DNA of 32,000 nucleotides from Microcystis aeruginosa NIES-843 (GTDB lineage: Bacteria > Cyanobacteriota > Cyanobacteriia > Cyanobacteriales > Microcystaceae), in NCBI RefSeq assembly GCF_000010625.1, contig NC_010296.1:1440001-1472000 (forward strand), in the 5' to 3' direction. Every line of letters starts with the position of its first letter. Within the stretch, counting starts at the first letter, position 1. This document shows, piece after piece, positions 15,671 to 24,669 of the stretch. The notes beneath the pieces are model-generated. The model made no database searches. It was not told where the DNA came from and was given only the letters and a program-made list of their open reading frames with translations. The position numbers and the translations under genes are program-made.

Positions 15671-15716
15671 GCTGCATCTCATAGCAAAAATAGGAGATGC
15701 AGCTGATATTTTTCTC
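15671..15716 (+). terminator. Rho-independent terminator of ispH
   Basis: GCTGCATCTC (15671-15680) pairs with GAGATGCAGC (15694-15703), followed by TGATATTTTTCTC. Confidence 0.7.
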
Positions 15717-15737
15717 AGTGGGATTGCTCAGAAACTA

Positions 15738-15812
15738 ACTAGGGTCTGCTGAAAAAGTTTTTCATGGGGACAGGGTGTGGGGTGTGGGGTGTGGGGTGTG
15801 GGGTGTGGGGAG
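15738..15812. repeat. (GGGGTGT)n heptamer tract plus conserved flank; inverted partner of 13291-13360
   Basis: CTAGGGTCTGCTGAAAAAGTTTTTCATGGGGACA then GGGTGT(GGGGTGT)x4GGGG (15773-15810). Confidence 0.9.
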
Positions 15813-16044
15813 AAACAATTCATAACTTGAGAGTTAATCACACTATTAAAAAGGGATTTGGTATCAGATTTATTCAGCAAACCCTACAACCTTTCTCGTA
15901 AAGGTGAAGCATACAGTAATCCTTGCTAATCAAGTGTTTTAGACGCAAGAACGAACCTCATCTATCTGAGAAACGCTGTAACTACCGCAATCTTGACATT
16001 GACGTTAGAACCGTTCGGCTCTTCTCGTAAGAGCCAATATTTTC

Positions 16045-16224
16045 CTAAAAACGGCGGGTTTTATCGATTCCGTAGATAATTCCCGTCACCATGGAAGAGA
16101 GAATTAATAACAAAATTAATCCTCCGGGTAAAAAAGATAATATTCCCATGCCGCGCAATATATAAACTAACACGGTCACTAATAGGAAACCGAAAAAAAG
16201 AGACTTTAAATAACTAGAGCGCAT
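16045..16224 (-). CDS. Small two-TM membrane protein (59 aa, below the ORF-track cutoff)
   Basis: My translation is MRSSYLKSLFFGFLLVTVLVYILRGMGILSFLPGGLILLLILSSMVTGIIYGIDKTRRF-stop. The ATG lies 4 nt after the stop of the upstream 281-aa gene. Confidence 0.5.
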   Translation of the reverse strand: MRSSYLKSLFFGFLLVTVLVYILRGMGILSFLPGGLILLLILSSMVTGIIYGIDKTRRF

Positions 16225-16228
16225 TTAC

Positions 16229-17074
16229 TTAGATTAACAGTTCCTCTTGACTTAAGTTTAACTTTTCGACAATCATTGCTAGGATTTTTTCTTCCCTTTT
16301 TCCGTTACTGATAGATTCCAGTAACCGGCAATTGAGGATAATTTTTTCCCCGTTGGATAAGGTTAAAATAATCCGTCGGTAATTAGACCCCAAAAAGCCT
16401 TTGTACTCTTCTACTTTTGCCTCAACAATTCTCTCTAGAAGATAATCACTTTCACTTCTAAAAGTTAAATGTTGTCGCCTACGGGTTAGGGTAGCGGTAC
16501 CCTGATTAAAGACATAACTCTCCCAATAGCTGACATCATAAAGTAATAACAGACCTGACAATAAGCATAACATACCCCAGAGATAATAGGGATAATTATG
16601 GTGGTGTTCTAGCAGTGCTGACAAGGTATCTAGGGGACTTTTGGCAATAATTTCCTGAGCTTGATATCTATTCACAAAACTCTCAAATCGAGTTTTAAAA
16701 TCACTAGCTGACTGCACATCCCGAAAATTTTCGATGTAGAGATAGTTATTTCTCCCGACCAATAAAACCGTGTTATTAACAGTTTTTTTCTGCTCAACAC
16801 TGATAAAAACTTCTTGATAGACAGCCGTAGCTTTAATGTGAGTTAAAGAAAAATTTTCCCGACTAGAAACAGGAAAATTATACTCTTGGACATATTGACA
16901 ATCTATTCTTTTTGTGCCTAACCTCATGCAGTTGAGATAAGCGCGCTGGAAGGAAACCAAATATGCTAAAAACAGCAAGGGAAAACCAGCGAGAAAAAAC
17001 GCCAGAAAAGGACGATATTTAGGAGCCTTATTTTCTAATAAGAGTGTAGTCAGCGTTTTTTGCTTAACTCGCAT
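16229..17074 (-). CDS. Hypothetical membrane protein (two predicted TM segments)
   Basis: 281-aa ORF with hydrophobic stretches PFLAFFLAGFPLLFLAYLV and YLWGMLCLLSGLLLLY. I recognise no family. Confidence 0.6.
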   Translation of the reverse strand: MRVKQKTLTTLLLENKAPKYRPFLAFFLAGFPLLFLAYLVSFQRAYLNCMRLGTKRIDCQYVQEYNFPVSSRENFSLTHIKATAVYQEVFISVEQKKTVNNTVLLVGRNNYLYIENFRDVQSASDFKTRFESFVNRYQAQEIIAKSPLDTLSALLEHHHNYPYYLWGMLCLLSGLLLLYDVSYWESYVFNQGTATLTRRRQHLTFRSESDYLLERIVEAKVEEYKGFLGSNYRRIILTLSNGEKIILNCRLLESISNGKREEKILAMIVEKLNLSQEELLI

Positions 17075-17534
17075 AGGAAACCCTACAGGTACTTTGTTCT
17101 AATTGTACTACAGCTTTTTTCAGCATCCTTTTCAGGATCGATTTATTTAATCTGCTGACGGGGAAAATTGTAATGATTATTCACGAAAATCTGACATCAG
17201 TCTCTAGACTGCCTCTATCTTGACCTTTTTTGTCTGGGTTTGGCACGGTAAAACCCTGTTTATCGAGTTTTTGTAAAGCTTTGGCGATTTTTTGTTTATT
17301 GTTTGTATTTAAAGTAAATGTATAAACAAAGCTGTTTTTATAAGTTTTTATGACTTTAAAAAACTTTATAAGCTCTAAAAAATTATTTATATAATTTTTA
17401 AGCGTTTAATCTCACTCTAGCTATAGCAGATAAAAATTGAGCCTCTTTCCAAGGGGTGGGGAGATGGTCAATAATTGGGATCAAAGCACTGATAAACAAA
17501 CTCACCATTCAAGCGCACATTTAGGAGAACTTCC

Positions 17535-18404
17535 ATGCCTTTAACACTCGCAGTCTACGGAAAAGGTGGCATCGGTAAATCGACAACAAGCTGTAATATT
17601 TCGGCTGCTTTAGCCAAAAGAGGCAAAAAAGTCCTACAAATAGGCTGTGACCCCAAGCATGATAGCACCTTCACCCTGACAGGCTTTCTGATTCCCACAA
17701 TCATCGATACCCTGCAAGAAAAAGATTTTCACTACGAAGACATCTGGCCTGAAGACGTTATCTATGACGGTTACGGTGGTGTCAAATGCGTGGAAGCGGG
17801 GGGCCCTCCGGCCGGTGCCGGTTGTGGCGGTTACGTCGTCGGGGAAACGGTGAAATTATTAAAAGAATTGAACGCTTTTGATGAATTTGACGTGATTTTG
17901 TTCGATGTTTTGGGGGATGTGGTCTGTGGAGGATTTGCCGCACCCTTAAATTACGCCGATTACTGCATAATTGTCACAGATAACGGCTTTGACGCTCTTT
18001 TTGCCGCCAATCGCATCGCCGCTTCCGTCCGGGAAAAAGCGCGCACCCATCCCCTGCGACTAGCCGGATTAATTGGTAATCGCACCTCAAAACGGGATTT
18101 AATTAATAAATATGTAGATCATGTTCCCATGCCAGTGTTAGAAGTTTTACCCTTAATTGAAGATATTCGCGTCTCCAGAGTTAAAGGTCAAACTCTCTTT
18201 GAAATGGCCGACAAGGATCCGATGTTAAGTTATGTTTGTGACTATTATCTCAACATTGCCGATCAGATTTTAGCCAAACCAGAAGGAGTTATTCCCAAAG
18301 AATCTGCCGACCGGGAATTATTCACTTTATTATCGGATTTCTATCTTAATGCCGATAAACCCAAAGTTAACGCCGAGGAAGAATTAGACCTGATGATGGT
18401 TTAG
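17535..18404 (+). CDS. chlL: Light-independent protochlorophyllide reductase (DPOR) iron-sulfur ATP-binding subunit ChlL
   Basis: [41 protein letters not shown] and [16 protein letters not shown] are NifH-like ChlL signatures. The SD is AGGAG. Confidence 0.95.
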
Positions 18405-18412
18405 ATTATTTT

Positions 18413-18549
18413 GTAGGGTGGGTTAGGGACAGCGTAACCCACCAATAACCACCAATAATCACCAATAAACTCTTTTTCTGGGTGGGTTACGGCGAAGAAT
18501 TAACTTATTAGTTAATAGCCTAACTTATCGTCACCTAACCCACCCTACC
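18413..18549. repeat. Complex palindromic element between chlL and the next ORF
   Basis: Four GGTGGGTTA/TAACCCACC copies occur in alternating orientation. The outer 15-bp perfect IR is GTAGGGTGGGTTAGG (18413-18427) / CCTAACCCACCCTAC (18535-18549). The inner pair is at 18432-18443 / 18481-18493. A 10-bp x3 tandem ACCAATAA(C/T/A)C lies at about 18440-18470. Confidence 0.85.
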
Positions 18550-18642
18550 CACGAATTTTATCGAGGACTTGATAATGATCATTTTTTCCTCTCATTGGGA
18601 ATTCTAATAGGGAAAACATCATTATTTAGCCAAGGGGACAAA

Positions 18643-20824
<2,182 letters not shown>

Positions 20825-20851
20825 ATTTGTTGTCAAAAGTGTACAATTCTT

Positions 20852-20881
20852 AGGTAAGGAAAATCAATTCCTTACCTTTTT
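20852..20881 (+). terminator. Rho-independent terminator after chlN
   Basis: AGGTAAGGAA (20852-20861) - AATCAA - TTCCTTACCT (20868-20877) followed by TTTT. Confidence 0.7.
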
Positions 20882-20992
20882 CAGTGATTGTTTGCTGATT
20901 CTGAGGACAATTCTTGTTCAAATGCTCAACAAGTGCATAAAATAAAAGTATCGTCTCCTTTATTCTTTAGAGACTGTTAGGGTTAATATGCA

Positions 20993-22285
20993 ATGCTCAT
21001 CGGATTTAGTGTCGGCAATTATCGCTCTTTTAAAGATGTAGTCACTCTCAGCATGGTAGCTGCGGAGGATGCCTGTGGTAATGATGAGCTTGATAAAAAT
21101 AATGTTTTTAAGGTTAATCAACAATTTAGTTTACTGAAAAGTGCCGCTATTTATGGAGCAAATGCCAGTGGTAAGAGTAATTTAATTCTGGCATTCAATT
21201 TTATGCGACGGTTTGTCATGAATTCTGCAAAATTACAAATCACTGACAAAATAGATGTGGAAGACTTTAGATTAAGTACCGAAACTGTTGATAAATCATC
21301 CTTTTTTGAAATAGTTTTTCAGCTAAAAAACAAAACTTATAGATATGGATTTGAAGTAACTCAAAAGCGAGTAGTTTCCGAATGGTTATTTTGTACGCCC
21401 AGAAGTCGTGAAACTCAAATTTTTAATCGGCAAGGCGATAAAATAGAATATAGCAAAAATATTGAACAAGGTAATATACTAAGAGGATTGACAAAAAAAA
21501 ATACTCTGTTTTTATCACTAGCGGCTCAATTTAATAATTCTCTAGCGGTGGAAATTGTCTCTTGGTTTAGTCACTTAGGTGTTGTGTCTTTTTTAGATGT
21601 GGAATTATTAAAAGCGATTACGCTTGAGCATCTTTCTAATAGACAAGATTTGATTGATGATGTGACTAAGTTAATTAAAAAATTAGATTTAAGTATTGAC
21701 AATCTCAACCTAGAAACAGAAACCAGAAAAATTTCCTTAGACAGTCTCCCGCAAGATCTACCGGATGTTGTCAGAAATATCATCAGTCACTCTAGCGGTG
21801 AAATAAAGTCCGCTACCATAAAAACCTATCATCCAAAGTATGACTCAACAGGTAAAATGATTGAGTTAGAAATTTTTGATATGGACAAACATGAATCTGA
21901 TGGAACTAAAAAGATTTTGGCTCTGTCAGCACCGATTTTAGACACTTTGCAAAGAGGGGAAGTTTTAGTAATTGATGAATTGGATGCCAGACTTCATCCT
22001 TTAATGACTAGAAATATAATCGAATTATTTAATTCTCAGAAAACTAATCCCAAAAATGCTCAACTTATTTTTACTACTCACGATATTAATTTACTTAGTC
22101 ATAAATTTTTAAGGAGGGATCAAATTTGGTTTACCGAAAAAAATCATCAAGGAGCAACAGATTTATATTCTTTGGTGGAATTTGCTGATATTAATAATAA
22201 TAATACCTTTGAAAAAGATTATATTCAAGGTCGTTATGGAGCAATACCTTTTATTGGTGATTTAAGTACAATTATTGGTAATTAG
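20993..22285 (+). CDS. AAA/ABC-type ATPase (AAA_15/AAA_21-like), AbiLi-like
   Basis: 430 aa. FSVGNYRSFKD.., Walker A GANASGKSN, Walker B VLVIDELDARLHP, H-loop-like IFTTHD, and a C-terminal YIQGRYGAIPF. This architecture is typical of the ATPase partner of RloB proteins. Confidence 0.8.
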   Translation: MLIGFSVGNYRSFKDVVTLSMVAAEDACGNDELDKNNVFKVNQQFSLLKSAAIYGANASGKSNLILAFNFMRRFVMNSAKLQITDKIDVEDFRLSTETVDKSSFFEIVFQLKNKTYRYGFEVTQKRVVSEWLFCTPRSRETQIFNRQGDKIEYSKNIEQGNILRGLTKKNTLFLSLAAQFNNSLAVEIVSWFSHLGVVSFLDVELLKAITLEHLSNRQDLIDDVTKLIKKLDLSIDNLNLETETRKISLDSLPQDLPDVVRNIISHSSGEIKSATIKTYHPKYDSTGKMIELEIFDMDKHESDGTKKILALSAPILDTLQRGEVLVIDELDARLHPLMTRNIIELFNSQKTNPKNAQLIFTTHDINLLSHKFLRRDQIWFTEKNHQGATDLYSLVEFADINNNNTFEKDYIQGRYGAIPFIGDLSTIIGN

Positions 22286-22286
22286 T

Positions 22287-22931
22287 ATGAGTAACAACAG
22301 GAATACTTCCGATTATTTGCGTCGCCAAACTAAGACTAGAGAAACAAGAAAAAGATTTTTAATTGTTTGCGAGGGAGAAAAAACTGAAGTTAACTATTTT
22401 AAGGCTTTTACTGTTCCTAAGAAAATTGCAGTTACGGTGAAAGGTGAAGGTAAAAATAGCTTGAGTTTAGTCAACAAAGCTATTCAGATTATAGATAATC
22501 TAAAACAAGATGACTCATTCGATCAAATCTGGTGTGTTTTTGATAAAGATAACTGTTCTAAAGAGCAATTTAATCAAGCAGAAGGACTGGCTAAAGAACA
22601 AAATATCAAGATTGCCTATTCTAATGAAGCTTTTGAAATTTGGTTTATTTTACACTTTCAATATCTGGATATTGCCACATCCCGAAGTGAATACCCAAAA
22701 ATTTTAAATACTCAGATGAAAAAGTGTAAATTATTAAACGAAAAAGAACAATATGCAAAAAATCGAGAGGATATGTACGAAAAATTAAAGCCATACCAGA
22801 CAACAGCAATCACTAATGCAGCAAAACTTATTCAAGATAGAGATGAAGCCAAAAAACATCCTTTTGATGCCAATCCCTCAACCACAGTACAGGAATTAGT
22901 GCAAGAACTTAACATCAATAGTCGTCCTTAA
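22287..22931 (+). CDS. RloB-like (Toprim-related) protein, AbiLii-like
   Basis: RFLIVCEGEKTEVNYFK, IWCVFDKD and AYSNEAFEIWFILHF are RloB family motifs as I recall them. The ATG is 1 nt after the ATPase stop; the track starts at an upstream TTG (22275). Confidence 0.8.
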   Translation: MSNNRNTSDYLRRQTKTRETRKRFLIVCEGEKTEVNYFKAFTVPKKIAVTVKGEGKNSLSLVNKAIQIIDNLKQDDSFDQIWCVFDKDNCSKEQFNQAEGLAKEQNIKIAYSNEAFEIWFILHFQYLDIATSRSEYPKILNTQMKKCKLLNEKEQYAKNREDMYEKLKPYQTTAITNAAKLIQDRDEAKKHPFDANPSTTVQELVQELNINSRP

Positions 22932-23042
22932 GCTTGATTCTCTTTTGTCAATAATTAAATATTTAATTTTAATTAAAACCTAAAGTTGTTATAATAACTA
23001 AAAGCCTATTTAACCAAAGTAACTGCTCTTAATTTGATTTAA

Positions 23043-23846
23043 ATGTCCAATAACTTATCCCACCAAAAACCCTATCATCTCAACTTTAGCAGTGAGGATT
23101 TAGGCACGGCAAAACCGACTATCACCCTATTATCGGGGGAACCAGAACGCTCGCGCTATATTGCTGAAACTTATTTACAAAATGCACGTTTACTATCGGA
23201 TTATCGCGGATTAAATAGTTATCTTGGCTATCTAGATAATTCTACCCCAATTCTTCTGGCTACCAGTGGCATGGGTGCGCCATCTTTGAGTATTGTGGTT
23301 AATGAATTAATACAGGTGGGAATTAAAACTATTATTCGTATTGGTACTTGTGGCGCAATTCAAAATAGAATAAAAATTGGTGATATTATTATCTCGCAAG
23401 CAGCTTTATGTAGGCAAGGTGCAGCTAATGATATTGCTCCTCCGGAATATCCAGCAGTGGCGGATCCTTTTTTAACAGTTGCTCTAGTCAAATCGGCTCA
23501 ATTTTTGGGAGTAAATTATCATGTAGGTATTACCGCTTCTGTGGATAGTTTTTATGAAGGACAAGAAAGAATCCTGTCTTCTGCTAACCCTTATCTTCAG
23601 CGTCACTTAGAGGGAATTACGGAAGAATATCGACGTTTAAATATTCTCAATTATGAAATGGAAGCGGGAACTTTATTTAAAATGGCGGGGGTTTATGGAT
23701 TTACTGCCGCTTGTATTTGTGCTGTGATTGCCCAAAGAAACAAAGAGGAAGGGATTAGTTTAGAAAGCAAACAACAGGCCATTGAAAAAGCGATTCAGGT
23801 GGCAATATTGACCGTTAGCAACCTCTCCCTATCCTCAATTGATTAA
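23043..23846 (+). CDS. Nucleoside phosphorylase, PNP_UDP_1 family (uridine/purine nucleoside phosphorylase-like)
   Basis: LLSGEPERSRYIAE, ATSGMGAPSLSIVVNELI..G.KTIIRIGTCGA and NYEMEAGTLF. Confidence 0.8.
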   Translation: MSNNLSHQKPYHLNFSSEDLGTAKPTITLLSGEPERSRYIAETYLQNARLLSDYRGLNSYLGYLDNSTPILLATSGMGAPSLSIVVNELIQVGIKTIIRIGTCGAIQNRIKIGDIIISQAALCRQGAANDIAPPEYPAVADPFLTVALVKSAQFLGVNYHVGITASVDSFYEGQERILSSANPYLQRHLEGITEEYRRLNILNYEMEAGTLFKMAGVYGFTAACICAVIAQRNKEEGISLESKQQAIEKAIQVAILTVSNLSLSSID

Positions 23847-24179
23847 TGTTCAGAAATCATCTTCATTAAGACTTCCTCTTTTTCCTGACTTTCGGGATAA
23901 CAGGAGATAAGTTTAGCGCGTAATTCTTGGGACAAAATAATCGATCGCCTTGTCTAAGTAGGGTATATTAGTTTGACCAAAAAAGTTTATTTTGTTGCGA
24001 ATATGTAATGATTTTTGACAAAAGTAAATTCTCACCCCAAAAAATTAGCTTATTCTTAGTCTTCTAAGCTAATCTTGACTGGATTAACTTGCCATCGGTA
24101 AAGTCAAAACCTTTAGCGACGAGACGATTATAAGGTGAGATAATGGGAAAAAATTGGTTTTAGCTTTAAGGATGGTATT

Positions 24180-24590
24180 ATGTCAGACGCAACGCAGTTA
24201 ACACCGGAAAAAATTGCTCAGTACCGTATTGAATTTGCGGACAATGAGAACGCTTTAATTGCACTTGATGTTATTGAGGAATGGGAGGGAGATTTAGCAG
24301 ATGCTGCTGAGTCTATTGCCACTCGTAACGGGATTGAAGGGGTAGAAGATAATGCTAATTTTCGTTGGTTTGTTATTATTCTTAATAAATGTCGTGATTC
24401 TATTTGTCAACCGAAGTATGAAACTTTGCGAGAAACATATTTACCTGCACTTATTCCCCCTTTAACAGATATTATCGCAGGATGTTTTATGTGTCCGCCT
24501 GGAGTAGCAGGACTTTTATCAACTCCAGTTGCTATTTATATTCAAGAGGAAGGAATGGATAAATTTTGTCAAACTTCTTCCGATTCTTAA
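24180..24590 (+). CDS. Hypothetical protein
   Basis: 136-aa ORF preceded by AAGGATGG. I recognise no family. It is convergent with the CHAT gene. Confidence 0.45.
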   Translation: MSDATQLTPEKIAQYRIEFADNENALIALDVIEEWEGDLADAAESIATRNGIEGVEDNANFRWFVIILNKCRDSICQPKYETLRETYLPALIPPLTDIIAGCFMCPPGVAGLLSTPVAIYIQEEGMDKFCQTSSDS

Positions 24591-24669
24591 ATCAAAGTGA
24601 TCCCCCCCCACCCACCTTAAAAAGGGGGGAGAATACCTCAACTTAATTGTATTCTCAAGGAACAATAGA

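Noticed and set aside
23846-23960. Short minus-strand ORF ending ..LSQELRAKLISCYPESQEKEEVLMKMISEH
   Set aside because: It is only ~30 codons after an in-frame stop, with a TTG start at best and no recognisable family.
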